64,000 nucleotides of DNA from Octopus sinensis (Eukaryota). Both the position numbers and the translations under genes were made by a program. Position 1 is the stretch's first letter. Each line of letters begins with the position of its first letter. Where the stretch lies: NCBI RefSeq assembly GCF_006345805.1, contig NC_043007.1:9486001-9550000 (forward strand), written 5' to 3'. This document shows positions 1 to 12,404 of this stretch, one piece after another. The notes below the pieces were generated by a model, which worked only from the letters and a program-made list of their open reading frames with translations, searched no databases and was not told where the DNA came from.

Positions 1-154
1 TTCTTAAATTGAATTTCATAGGGTGGGACTGCAAAAAATTAGTTTTAATTCTAGACACATCATTTAATTCTGTTGCTTTCATTTAACATTCCTTCAGCTA
101 AAACATAAATCATAGCTATCATAATTGTTGACGATTATGATGGAGGTGATGAAG

Positions 155-234
<80 letters not shown>

Positions 235-237
<3 letters not shown>

Positions 238-528
238 TAGTTTATTTTTATAGCGTGCTTTCACTTCACTACCGAGCGCAGCTCTGTGTGCCTTGGGTAT
301 GTGCTGTGATTTGTTGTGTGATGCTCTGATGGCTATTGTATGGAAAGTGTTCTGCGTAGGATGTGTGCAGTGCCTAGTAGTGCAATTTCTGTATGTTATA
401 TGTGTTTGTAAGTCCTGGTGTGTTTTGTTATGTATTTGTCTGAATACTTTTTATCATGCCTAATCACCTACTATGATAGGAATTGTTTCTGTTTTCAGAT
501 TCCCATTCTAGTTACATCTTGTTATTCT
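235..528 (-). mobile_element. 3' end of an R4/Dong-clade non-LTR retrotransposon (C-terminus of the restriction-like endonuclease domain plus 3' UTR), embedded in (TAA)n
   Basis: With a few 1-nt indel corrections the minus strand reads VTRMWNLKTETIPIIVGALGMIKKYSDKYITKTPGLTNTYNIQKIALLGTAHILRRTLSIQ*. This matches the P(I/V)(I/V)xGALG...QK..LLGTA.ILR C-terminal signature of RLE-type LINEs. (TTA)n tracts flank both sides (~157-234 and ~528-611). Confidence 0.75.
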
Positions 529-568
529 ATTATTATTATTATATTATATTATTATTATTATATTATTA

Positions 569-606
<38 letters not shown>

Positions 607-699
607 TATTAGAGTTTTGAGGTGATGGAATCAGTAGCACACTGGATGAAATACTAAACGGTGTTTCGCGCGTCGCTACGTTTTAAGTACAAATTTCCC

Positions 700-830
700 C
701 AATTACCCCAAGACACATGATGAAGACTAGAGGGTATATCACCCGAAACAGCATATGGGAACCAGTATTAAGGAAGAATAGGAGACTATTAGATTTGTAA
801 GGCCTAAAATTCACTCTATAATCCCCACCC
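700..830 (+). mobile_element. Penelope-like pLTR relic with decayed hammerhead motif
   Basis: The segment GACAC-ATGATGA-A-GACTA-GAGGGTATAT-CACCC-GAAACAGC (712-751) is homologous to the motifs at 1200 and 20634. The core C3 is mutated. Confidence 0.45.
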
Positions 831-840
831 CCGGGCATTC

Positions 841-892
841 GGCGTAGTGGTTAAAAGCGCGGGCTAATAACCCCAAGATTCCGAGTTCGAAT
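841..892 (+). mobile_element. Truncated tRNA-derived SINE head
   Basis: A-box-like TAGTGGTTAAAAGCGC and B-box-like GAGTTCGAAT run directly into (AAT)n. There is no acceptor stem, so this is not a tRNA gene. Confidence 0.5.
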
Positions 893-1071
893 AATAATAA
901 TAACAATTTTCGTTTTTTTTTTTAAGTCATTCACTAGTACAATACTAAATACAAAACCAAATATATGGCACACTAGGTATAACAACAACATGAACTTCCA
1001 ACCTGTTGTCTCATGAGGTCTTGGGTGAGACTTGCACAACTTGCACAATTATAAAGCAAAAGTCAAATATA

Positions 1072-1145
<74 letters not shown>

Positions 1146-1159
1146 GCAGCATCAAAATA

Positions 1160-1330
1160 ATACCTTAGGAATGAGAACGCAGGTTCAAAATTTCCCCAAG
1201 ACACCTGATGAAGTCTGGAGGGTATATCAGCCGAAACATTTTGTTAGCAACAAACAAGATGAGGACAAATATCCGTCAAATGTAAATAATGTACATAATC
1301 CATCATCTCTTAAATATAGAACTGTACCAT
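1160..1330 (+). mobile_element. Penelope-like pLTR relic with decayed type I hammerhead (1200-1245)
   Basis: GACAC CTGATGA A GTCTG GAGGGTATAT CAGCC GAAACATT TTGTT: the core is intact but helices II, III and I carry substitutions. Same family as 20530-20730. Confidence 0.55.
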
Positions 1331-1480
1331 TTGGTAAATATGTAACATCGTCTAGGGGTGGTGATAATTCTAACAAGTCAAGAATTTGTATTGTATGGCA
1401 TTTGATTTACTTGTATTTGTTTACAGATATAAGTCTACTGATTTTCATTAAGATGGTTAATTTACATAATTAAAATTTAT

Positions 1481-1908
1481 ACTCTTTTACTCTTTTATTT
1501 GTTTTAGTCATTTGACCGCGGCTATGCTGGAACACCGCCTTTAGTCAAGCATATCAATCCCAGGACTTAATCGTTCTAAACCTAGTACTTATTCTATCGG
1601 AGTATGTTGCCGAACCGCTAAGATAAGGGGGCATAACCACACCAGTATCGGTTGTCAAGCGATGGTGGGGTCACAAACACAGACACACAAACATACATGC
1701 ACACACCCAAACACACACACGTAAACACACACACATACACACACACATATACGATGGTCTTCTTTCAGTTTCCGTCTACCAAATCCACTCACAAAGCTTT
1801 GTTCTGCCCGAGGCTATAATAGAATAAACTTGCCCAAGGTACCGCGCGATTGGATTGAACCCGGAGCCATGTGGTTGGTAAGCAAGCTACTTACCACAAA
1901 GCCACTCC
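1481..1908 (-). mobile_element. tRNA-derived SINE, family A (bipartite, internal microsatellite)
   Basis: Head GGAGTGGCT(G/T)TGTGGTAAG with B-box-like GGTTCA, an internal (CA)n tract, and the 3' tail (GAGTAAAA)n. Matches the many other copies in the window. Confidence 0.85.
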
Positions 1909-2024
1909 ACAGAATAATTTAGTGAATATTTGTACGCTTTTGTGTTATACTATGTGATATTTTATTTCTGCTTTGTCTCCTAATCAGAAGAAAAATGCAA
2001 AAATAAAATTGCTGCAAGCTACCG

Positions 2025-2378
2025 TTACTCTTTTACTCTTTTACTTGTTTCAGTCATTTGACTGCGGCCATGCTGGAGCACCGCCTTTAGTCAAGCAAAT
2101 GGACGCCAGGCCTTATTCTTTCTAAGTCTAGTACTTATTCTATCGGTCCCAGCATCGGTTGTCAAGTGATGTTGGGGGAACAAACACAGACACACAAACA
2201 CACACATATATATACATATAGATATATACGACGGGTTTCCATCTACCAAACCCACTCACAAAGCTTTGGTCGGCTCGAAGCTATAGCAGAAGACACTTGC
2301 CCAAAGTGCCACGCATCGGGACCGTACCCGGAACCATGTGGCTGGTAAGCAAGCTACTTACCACACAGCCACTTCTGC
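2025..2378 (-). mobile_element. SINE family A with internal deletion
   Basis: Same head, body and tail as the 1481-1908 copy. Confidence 0.85.
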
Positions 2379-2380
2379 AG

Positions 2381-2635
2381 GAAAAATGGTGTCAGTCGAA
2401 ACAAATCCTTGCTTCTGGATTGTCGTCGGATGCTTCTCGTTTGCGTGTATTCTTTCATTTGTTCTGTGTCATTTATATCGATATCTGTGATGGTGGGTAA
2501 AACCGATTCTTGCGAGGAGCAATTTTCCGTGAGGAACGATGTTGAAGGCGTGCGTCGATACAACATATCAGTTGAGACAGGGACCATCTTACAATCCCCA
2601 CCAGTGCGGGAAAGATACTGCTGTCACAAACATCC
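2381..2635 (+). CDS. Candidate coding exon (signal peptide or TM-like segment followed by a polar segment); unverified
   Basis: The frame is open from 2381 to a GTAAGA donor-like site at 2636. ATG at 2430 gives MLLVCVYSFICSVSFISISVMVG then KTDSCEEQFSVRNDVEGVRRYNISVETGTILQSPPVRERYCCHKHP. The sequence is non-repetitive. No homology recognised. Confidence 0.25.
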
Positions 2636-2984
2636 GTAAGAGACAAACGGTGTAAATTTTAGCAGAGGTAGCCCTCGTTGGAAACCATAGAAATAGGTTT
2701 CTTTATTTTGAAAACTGAACAGATACGTTAGATACATGTGATTTCTGTTGTCTATTAAAATACTCTTTCTTAATCCCACAGTGTTGTGAGGCGGCAGTTC
2801 TCAATACATTGTATTTTTATACAACAAAACATCCAGATAGACGATACCAAAAAACAAGAACGGGTCATTCCAAGCTTTCTATCTTCAGTCAAGAACGAGA
2901 TCATTCTCGCAATTTCGGCTTATTTATCTTGAGATTGCTCCAATCTGGCCAACCCCAAGGAAAAACTAAGCTAAGAGCATATAC

Positions 2985-3032
<48 letters not shown>

Positions 3033-3388
3033 AGAACTCGTTTATGTACTAATTACTAGTTGGTTAATTAATGCCATATGTACTTTTCTAATTTTCCGTA
3101 ATTTTCTCTTCAAATCTTCGCAGTGTTACCAAGGTATCACTCACGACATAGTTTTCTGAAATATTAATTAATTAACATTTTACTACCAGAGATTGGAGTT
3201 GTTTGTTTTCTTGGCAACTTCATTAAATGCAACAAGCTACAAGTCTCCAAAACAAAATAATATGTCTGCCTTTAATTAACGCATTGTAAATTATAGTTAA
3301 AAACATTCGTATAACGTTAGAAAAAACGTTGTAAAGGAGGTGAAAAACTGTTGCCAGGATTTTACTATTGATCTGATCAACTGTGTTG

Positions 3389-3488
3389 NNNNNNNNNNNN
3401 NNNNNNNNNNNNNNNNNNNNNNNNNNNNNNNNNNNNNNNNNNNNNNNNNNNNNNNNNNNNNNNNNNNNNNNNNNNNNNNNNNNNNNNN
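3389..3488. other. Assembly gap
   Basis: A run of 100 N. Confidence 1.
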
Positions 3489-4375
3489 AAAATAAAGTGT
3501 GATTTGTAGAAACTTCGCGTGCCATTTGTTGTAGAAATGAAGAACAGCGTCGTACCTCCCATGCAGGTATAACTTTTTATCGTATTTAAAGATAATTATA
3601 TTATTGATATGTTCTGATTTTACTGAAGATATTCAATCAGTTTCGCAACGTTGATGGAGTCAGAAATGTCCGCCATTTTAATTCGCTGTCTTCGTTTATT
3701 TATTTATTTATTTATTTATTATTTCACATTCATACTTTTCCATTGTATTCGTGTTTATTTTCTTTACTTTAAAACCTTATTTTCTTGTTTATATTTTACT
3801 CACTTCCTCGTATCACGTTCTTTAATTATTGTGTCACCTCTCAAAATAACACAGTACTGAAGAGAAGAAAAAAAAAAGACAAACTAGAAAATAATAATAA
3901 TAACTATGTAAGCGAGGCCAAGCTAACAGCCATTATCCAACATCAGCTGAGAAAATCGCTGAGAAAGCATTAAAAGATTCTTGCTCTGTTTAATAACCAT
4001 TTTGACATTTTAATCAGTACTGTTAATGCTTAAGTGGAAAACATACTAAAGTGCTTAGGCACTAGTGCAACAAGATTGATCGTTCTCTATGTTGATTATT
4101 CACCATCAAATCACGCAATTACAAATATGATTAGATCGGAATAACACCTCAGCTTACATGTCATAAAAGAAAAAAAAAATGAGCGGAAACGTATGCGTTG
4201 CATGCTTTGCTTGTTTGCTTGTTTGCGTGTATGTGTGTTTGCGCCTATGTGTGTGTCTGCGCCTGTGTGCGTATGAGTGTGTGTTGCGTGTGTATTTGTG
4301 TGTATGCGTGCGTAGACGGAGAAAGGGAAGAAACATGAAATATGAGCAGTTCTACATGCATATATATATAATATA

Positions 4376-4418
<43 letters not shown>

Positions 4419-4547
4419 GCTTACAAAGAACATGATTCTGGGTTCAGTCCTAGTGAATCGCACTTTGAGTAAGGTTCTTTAACTGTAACCTCGGGCTGAC
4501 CAAAGCCTTGTGAGTGAATTTGATAGACGGAGTCTGAAAAAGTAGTC

Positions 4548-4595
<48 letters not shown>

Positions 4596-4633
4596 AAGTG
4601 AAAGAATGGAGTCTAATGACGATTTTAACAAAA

Positions 4634-4733
4634 TTCCTTTATTCTCGACATATGTTTCGAAGACTGCATATTCTTAATTCCGAAGGAGTAAAGGGTGCAT
4701 TATGCCGCCTTCTCATCAGGAGAGACAAGGAAC
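4634..4733 (-). ncRNA. Intact minimal type I hammerhead ribozyme
   Basis: Minus strand: helix I TCTC/GAGA, extended by TTCCTT/AAGGAA after a 3x3 internal loop; core CTGATGA (4719-4713); helix II GAAGGC/GTCTTC; GAA; palindromic helix III ACATATGT (4655-4648); GUC cleavage triplet with the cut between 4647 and 4646. It lies in a ~240-bp segment flanked by (TA)n. Confidence 0.8.
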
Positions 4734-5229
4734 CTATGTCAGCATCATGACGAACAAAAACTTTTAGATGACTTCCCACATGGAGTCTACAGTGATAATG
4801 AGTGTTTCATTAAAATATTCCGTTATGTTCCGTATATATATATGTAAGTGTGTGTATGTCTATTTTTGTGTATATTTCTGCGTGTGTGTGCGTTCCCACC
4901 CCCCAATATCGCTTTACAGCCGAACCTGGTGCGTGTATGTCCCCATAACATAGCGGTTGGGCAAAAGATACCAATATAATAAGTATTAGGCTTACAAACA
5001 ATAAGTCCTGCGGTCGATTTGTTCAACTAAAGACGGTGCTCCAACATGGCTGCATTCAAATGACGGAAACACTTAAAAGAATTATAATATATATATATAT
5101 ATATATTCTGCTATATGTCTCAGGTAGTGGCCATGCTGAGGGAACGCCAGTACGCACGCATACACACACATATATATATGTATGTATATACATGTATGGG
5201 TGCACATGTATATATATGGTATATACATA

Positions 5230-5269
<40 letters not shown>

Positions 5270-5972
5270 TTAATATATATATATATATATATAAACTAAT
5301 ATATATGTACATACTTGGAAGAGGCTGCGTGGCGTTCAATCATATAATATTATGAATAAAATATATATGTGCATATATGCATACGTATATGTACATACCT
5401 ACATCTATATGTATATATATATATATATGTGCATACGTGGGATCAAGACATCAGGAATTGTGTACAATAAAAAAGAACGAAGTACGAGTACATGGAATAC
5501 GAACTATTCTTTTGAACAACGAGAGACACACATGGAAAACAAAATAAACAACATAAAGAACGACCTTTCATCAGTTGTTGGATGTTTTTCCAGTCTCATA
5601 TTTCGAGCATTTACTAACAATATACGCTTTCGATAAAACAGTTGCTCTCCCATAGCAAATTAAATAAAATTTCGGAGGATCAAATTAGGTAACACATAGC
5701 AGGACAGTGAAAACAAACAAGAAGTGCTGCTATGCCTAAACGAGTTTGTGGTGGCGAACACGTAAATCAAGCTAGGACACGAGACAAACAAGAACACGTC
5801 TTCCTTCCTCCAGCTACAACGGAGAGAATGAAAGTTGGCCGATGGTCACGTGGGAGCCATGTGAGCAAGGGAGAAGTAGTAAGGGAGAGAGAGAGTGACA
5901 AAGAAATAAGATAGAATAGTGGAGGTAAAAGAATAAGAGGGATGTATATATGTATGTATATATATATATATA

Positions 5973-6729
5973 TACCAATTAAGGACTGAACACGAAAAGT
6001 GGACAGTCAACATGCTAGATATAGACGTCAAATCGCCATTCTCCACAAAAAGTCTATGTTCTCAGATCAAACTCAACACAAAACCAAAGCAATAAACAAG
6101 TGAAAAAATATACGAAATAAATATTTACCCATGTACTAAATTTAGTTTCGGTTGTTATTTTCCGCAAGGAAAAGTGCAACCATCATCAGCATGGTCCCAT
6201 ATAAAATGCAATTTGCTATACTAAATGCCAACACGATACCGAAATATCGCGTGCATGGAGTACGGCCTATTACATTTGAAATATATATTTCAAATGTCTC
6301 TACTTTTGGCGCGATGAGACCCGAGAAAACTAGCCTGCAGCTAATAGTTAGCAGCAGTTAATTTATCGGTTAGAGAACAAATATTTATATAAAATCAAAT
6401 TTAGGGTAAAAATTGATATTTATCAATTAGAACCAGTGGTCTAGCATATTAAAGAAAGAATCCGAAGATTAAAATATTTATATATACCAATTAAGGACTG
6501 AACACGAAAAGTGGACAGTCAACATGCTAGATATAGACGTCAAATCGCCATTCTCCACAAAAAGTCTATGTTCTCTATGGCGATTTGACGTCTATATCTA
6601 GCATGTTGACTGTCCACTTTTCGTGTTCAGTCCTTAATTGGTATATATAAATATTTTAATCTTCGGATTCTTTCTTTAATATGCTAGACCACTGGTTCTA
6701 ATTGATAAATATCAATTTTTACCCTAAAT

Positions 6730-6742
<13 letters not shown>
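5973..6742 (-). mobile_element. Young non-autonomous Penelope/retrozyme-like element: 512-bp unit, partial tandem copy and inverted arm
   Basis: TACCAATTAAGG begins at 5973 and again at 6485, and the ~91-bp overlap is identical. 6577-6742 is the reverse complement of 6386-6551 (one mismatch seen, 25-nt spacer). (TA)n flanks both ends, and the unit contains a hammerhead. Confidence 0.8.
6129..6194 (-). ncRNA. Intact minimal type I hammerhead ribozyme
   Basis: Minus strand: helix I CCATG/CATGG; core CTGATGA (6189-6183); one extra U; helix II GGTTG/CAACC capped by a TTTTCC-TTGC-GGAAAA hairpin; GAA; 12-nt palindromic helix III ACTAAATTTAGT; GUA cleavage triplet with the cut between 6134 and 6133. 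Confidence 0.85.
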
Positions 6743-6797
<55 letters not shown>

Positions 6798-6814
6798 ATA
6801 CGCAGACAGAAGAA

Positions 6815-7490
6815 GATAGGTAGTAAACAGCTAACACATCCAACTACCAGATAACCTGACATTAAAATCATTGAAAGGAGGATAGAGTTATAAGTATCTA
6901 GGAGTATTAAAATCTGACAGAGTACTAACCATAGAAGTGAAAATGAAAATTGAGGAGTATATCAGAAGGTTATGAAGCCGAAGCTAAGTGGTCCGAATCT
7001 AGTGAAGGCTGTAAACTCTTCGGCAGTATCATTACTTAGATACTCAGCACCTTTGTAGACTGGACAAAAACTAGATTAGCAAAGCTAGACAGAAAAACGA
7101 GGAAGGGATTCAATATGAATGGAGAACTCCACGCAAGGACAGGGGTAGCAAGGTTATACTTACCTAGAAAGGAAGGAGGAAAAGGGTTAATATCAGTAGA
7201 ATATAGATTTCTATGTAGGTAATAGTGAAGAAAGTTTATTAAAAGTGTTAGAGTCCGGGAAGACATAGGGAAACCAAAAACCCGAAAGAAGTAAAAAAAA
7301 AAAAAACAGATAAAACAGAAATAACCTGATTGGCAGGAGAAGGCGTTGCATGGTAGATTGCCAAAGATAATTGCAGCAAACAGTAGTAGTGAGACATGGA
7401 TAAGGTTGCAGAAAGGAAAGCTAAAAAGGGTGACAGAAAGTTTGTTAGTAGCTGCATAAGATCAAGTATTAAGAACTAATTGCATGTAAT
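6815..7490 (+). mobile_element. Decayed R4/Dong-clade LINE reverse transcriptase, thumb region
   Basis: YKYLG at 6889-6903, KLSGPNLVKAVN, LDRKTRK and LYLPRKEGGKGLISVE (7154-7201), interrupted by stops and frameshifts. Confidence 0.75.
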
Positions 7491-7729
7491 AAAAGCTAGA
7501 AAGCCTGAGTTAGCAGCATTATGTAAAAAGAAACGGTAATTGACTTTACGCTCAAAAAGGATGAAAAAATGAATATGAGAGGTATAGTAAAAAATAGCAA
7601 ATTACCTGGCCCTAGTTATTCAATTAAAGCGATTATGGAAAATGCAGGTAAAATGTATCCCAGTAGTTATAGATACATTGGGAAATATACCTGAAGATTC
7701 AAACAGTGGAGTTAGAATTGCGAGCTGGG

Positions 7730-8170
7730 CGAAAAGGCAAAATGCAGAAACTTGACGGAAAACCGAAAAAGCTTTTGAATATGTACAGAGTCCATCATTC
7801 GAAAGCTGATATGAACCGTTTGTACATGAAGAGAGTCAAGAATGGAAAAGGCTAATCCAATGTGGAAAAGTGTGTGCAAATGGAACGAAACAGCTCTCTT
7901 GATTACTAACTGAACAACATAGAAAAGTTACTGAAGGTAGTGAATAAAAAAACAGGTTATCAAGGCTGGAAAATAACCAAAGGATAAAAATGAAATTCAA
8001 AGATGACATATTAAAAGCAATGAAGAAAAACACTTTCATGGTTAGTTTTGGAAAGTCATTGAGAATCCATGTGGAACAAAATACTGAGACTGATTGAAAA
8101 AGGGACAATTGAAAAAAAAGGAACAGAAAGCCTTGTTGTAACTGCTTAAGGCCAAACATTGCAAACATAT
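7730..8170 (+). mobile_element. Second, more decayed R4/Dong-clade LINE fragment
   Basis: HHSKADMNRLYMKRVKNGKG at ~7794-7852 (compare HPKADxxRLYxxRxxGGRG), followed by a degenerate KKxTESL..A motif. Confidence 0.55.
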
Positions 8171-8299
8171 GGGGAACGTCTAAGTATCGAACTTATTTGT
8201 GGTTGTTGTTTTGCTTTTCAATGCTGGAAAGAGATTTATAGAAGATATTCCTATGCAAATAGATTCATTGAACATTTCAATAACATTAGTTCATATACA

Positions 8300-8577
8300 C
8301 TCTTTACTCTTTACTTTTTTACTTGTTTCAATCATTTGATTGTGGCCATGCTGGAGCACCACCAGCATGGCCACAATCTACCCCAGGACTTATTCTTTGT
8401 AAGCCTAGTACTCATTCTATCGGTCTCTTTTGCCGAACCGCTAAGTTACGGGGACGTAAACACACCAGCATCGGTTGTCAAGCGATGTTGAGGGGAAAAC
8501 AGACACGCAGACATACATACACACACACATATATATATATATATATACATATATACGACGGGCTTCTTTCAGTTTCA
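8300..8577 (-). mobile_element. SINE family A, 3' half plus microsatellite
   Basis: Tail, body and (CA/TA)n are present and the head is missing. An oppositely oriented family A fragment follows at ~8610-8720. Confidence 0.8.
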
Positions 8578-10179
8578 AAGAAAGATTTCTGTGCATTTGC
8601 ATATTTGTACATCTGTGTGTGCCTTTGTGTTTTGCTCCCACCTCTGTTTGACAACCGGTGTGGTTACTTCACGTCTGCATAAGTTTTGCGGTTCGGCAAA
8701 AGCCACCGCTAGAATAAGTACAAATATATTCGGGTATCAATCTCTTCAAATGAATTCTTTTATGCGTAAAAGACAGGCTCCGATAGAATAGAAGACGGGC
8801 TAAGACAAATTCTTAACGACGATGATGACATAAAGCTTACAAACGCAAAGGTAAGAAACCTCGCTTAATCTGAAGATGGCAAATACATTTATGATTAATT
8901 ACATCCAGAAATAAACCATAGCTAATGATATCATAATTGGATTTCTGTTCAGTTACCTGTTATATCTAATATATCCAACAGCTGCTTCGCTTCTCAATTA
9001 CGGATTAATACAAGCCGCAAAGCACGCCAGCACGCACGCACTCATAGAACCATATCCATGCACACATGCACACACCTATTTATACATACATATACATACC
9101 TAAGAACACAGTTAATTATCAAATGAGCTGGTATTTACTGTAGTAATGTAATTTCGTATGTTTTGTTTATATAACTCCGTTAAATATAATTATTATGTTA
9201 AGCCGTAAATCATTGATATTTCTGTTGTTTCCCGATGTGCTCATATTAATCCCAAGTAGTATGTCCTTAATCGCCTTTACTTATAATGTTATATATCTGT
9301 TAAAAATTTGTTATATGTACAGTATGCGACGAAATCTGAAACGATTATTTACATGTTCAGTTTTAACCCGTCTTAGGCAAAATATACTCATCGCTATTGT
9401 GTTTGACATAGGAGAAAACATCTCTTTAATACAGCATCCTGCTCAGCATACTCGGATCTTGGCACAGAGCATTCTGGGACATGATTGTTTTGACAAGCTG
9501 AAGGAACCAAATCTTTGATCCTAAATCAAGCTGGTTGCTGTTGTACTTTCAGCGAAAGAATAATTTGCTCTTCGCTGCTTATATCTGCCAGCTGATAAAG
9601 TATCGTATACAGAGAGGCCTATTTATTCTTAACTCGCTTAGGCATTCTGGAACACCTGTGTTTAGATATGTTGTTTCACTATCAGCCTAGACATGTTAAC
9701 TATAAATAAGACTCCACAATACCTCATTCGCACACAGGGAGGTATTTTTATATCTTTAAAATCTCAAAAAATAATTGAAACACTCATATACCATTAAATT
9801 ACAAACCTATCCAAAAAACTGCAATTTACGGTTGTGTCAATCCATCGTAGACTTCTCTATGTACATACTTATTTCTCTTGATTTCATATTTATCCTTCTA
9901 TCCCTAAAAAAAACACTAAAATGTCATATTGTTGGACTAAACTGAGTAACGGATTAAAACTATTGCCCATGATCAGGAATCTTCTGAAAAACTCGCATGG
10001 CTTCTGATGACCATATTTCCCTTAGAAAATTAGTAAAATCTAGTTATTGGTAGAAAATACTTGGCGAAAATGTCGCTTATTAGAATCGAATGCGATACTA
10101 CGTAATCAATAACTCGAAATAATTATCCATGGAAGCACGTTGGCATCAAAAATGCCAAGCTGGCTATCAATATTAAATT

Positions 10180-11075
10180 TCCAATTTTGGCACAAGGCCA
10201 GCAATTTCGGGGAGAGGGCAAGTCGATTGCATCGACTCTATTGCTTAACTGGTACTTATTTTATTGACCCCGAAAGGATGAAGAGCAAAGTCGACTCCGG
10301 CGGAATTTGAACTCAACTTAAAGACGGATGAAATGTGGCTAAGCACTTCGCTCAGCGTGCTAGCGATTCTGCCAACTCGCTGCCTCATCAAATTGGATAT
10401 CAATATTACGCGTCTCCAAGGCTATGAGATGGCAGAACCGTCACTATGTCGGACAAAGTGCTTAGCGCATATTTTCTCTGTCTTTATGTTCTGAGTTCAA
10501 ACTCCGCAGAGACCGACTTACCCGTTCATCTTTCGGGGGCGGTAAGATAAGTACTAGTCGAAATGTGAAGTCTATGAAATCGACTTACATTCTTTGAAAC
10601 TTGCTGGCATTGTGCCAAAATTTGGAACCAATATTCAATGTTTGCAAAGCGGTAAGCTGGCAGAATCGTTAACACGCCGGGCATAATGCTTAGCAGCATT
10701 TCACCCGTTTCTTCGCTGTGTTCAGTTTGCGCCGAGGTAGACTTTGCCTGTCGACATTTCGGGATCAATAAATTGAATGCCAGTGCAGCACTGGAGTCGT
10801 TGTATCCGAACTAGATCCTCTATCAAAGTTGCTGGTAGTGTGCCAAAATTTGAAATCAATTTTAAATGTTTGTTTGAATTGGCGAGCTGACAGAATTCTT
10901 AACTGATCGTATTCATTTCCTTGAGCTACAAACTTCGCCGAATTTGACCATATCTTTCACCATTCATGCTCGATAGAATAAAATACCAGTCAAGTACTGA
11001 GACCGATGTAATCGACTACCTCGTCCCTCCCCCACCCCGATTAACCCGCAAAATTGCTGGACCTGTACCAAAATT
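10180..11075. mobile_element. Cluster of four SINE family B copies (tRNA head plus conserved central domain)
   Basis: Copies at 10180-10384 (-), 10421-10560 (+), ~10650-10850 (+) and ~10880-11075 (+) share GGCAGAATCGTTAGC, GAGTTCAAATTCCGCC and TCATCCTTTCGGGGTCGATAAA. Confidence 0.75.
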
Positions 11076-11127
11076 AGAAGGAATATAGAATCTTTATATT
11101 TGTGCATAAATGTGTAAATGTTTGTAT

Positions 11128-11510
11128 TCTTTTATTCTTTTATTTATTTCAGTCATTTGACAGCGGCCATGCTGGAGCACCGCCTTTTAGACAAACAAAT
11201 CGACCCCAGACCTTATTCTTTGTAAGCCTAGTACTTATTCCAACGGACTCTTTAGCCGAACTGCTAATTTACGTAGAGGGGGATAAACATAGACACATAT
11301 ACATACATACATACATACACACACACAAGCACAAAAATATATATATATATGACGGGCTTCTTTCAGTTTCCGTCTACAAAATCCACTCACAAGGCTTTGG
11401 TCGGCCGAGGCTATAGCAGAAAACGACACTTGCCCAATGTGCCATGCAGTGAGACTGAACCCGGAATCATGTGGTTGGTAAGCAAGCTACTTACCACACT
11501 GCCACACCTT
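11128..11510 (-). mobile_element. SINE family A
   Basis: Head, internal microsatellite and 3' half are all recognisable. Confidence 0.8.
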
Positions 11511-11994
11511 CGCCCATATACATATATATATATATATATATATCATGCTCGCGTGTGTCTATGTATGTTCTTATCAATGTATGTGTGTGTCCGCGTAGGC
11601 ATGTTTACATGCGAGCGAGTTTCTGTGCGTTCATGTATGTGTATATATCTGCATGTGTGTACATTTAGAATCGATCGAAGATCTAATTTATGTAATCACA
11701 ATACTCTGAAACTCGTTTCTCTTGTATGTCAGACGACTCTACTGTTCATTTGATAGCAGCCATAACTAACTGATCATAACGACGACGACTGCTACGAAGA
11801 TTTCAAACACCAGACCGTATTCCCACAGGTGAATAGCATTTAATGATGGTAATAGGTAAAGGAATTTAATCCTGCCATCCTTTGTCAAACCAAATAGTTT
11901 TTGAAACACGTCCATTCAATAATAACTCGCCCGGAGGTTATCAACTTTCACCCCAACACTTTTACATCAATAACCATTTAATTATTTATAGTAT

Positions 11995-12019
11995 ATGTAT
12001 GTGTGTGTATGTGTGTGTA

Positions 12020-12073
<54 letters not shown>

Positions 12074-12220
12074 TGTGTGTTTGTGTGTATGTGTGCGTCT
12101 GCACGCGTGTGCGAGTATTTGTGTATTTCTGTGCGTTTAGTAGCTTGGTAGCTTGAATGTACGCATGTATGATAGGTATGCTACATGTGTGTGGGTTTCT
12201 CTGTGTGTGTGTGTATGTGT

Positions 12221-12261
<41 letters not shown>

Positions 12262-12359
12262 CGCCTGAGTATTTATCTACAGATCTGTGTAACAATGAAT
12301 TAAAAACACACATACACATTCATATACACGCATAGATAGATAGATAGATAGATAGATAT

Positions 12360-12404
<45 letters not shown>

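Noticed and set aside
5568-5620. Minus-strand CTGATGA in a (TA)n-flanked segment
   Set aside because: No helix II partner or downstream GAAA could be paired.
9416-9518. Possible terminal exon (AG|GAGAAAAC...ENISLIQHPAQHTRILAQSILGHDCFDKLKEPNL*)
   Set aside because: The polypyrimidine tract is weak, no homology is recognised, and the phase does not match the 2635 donor.
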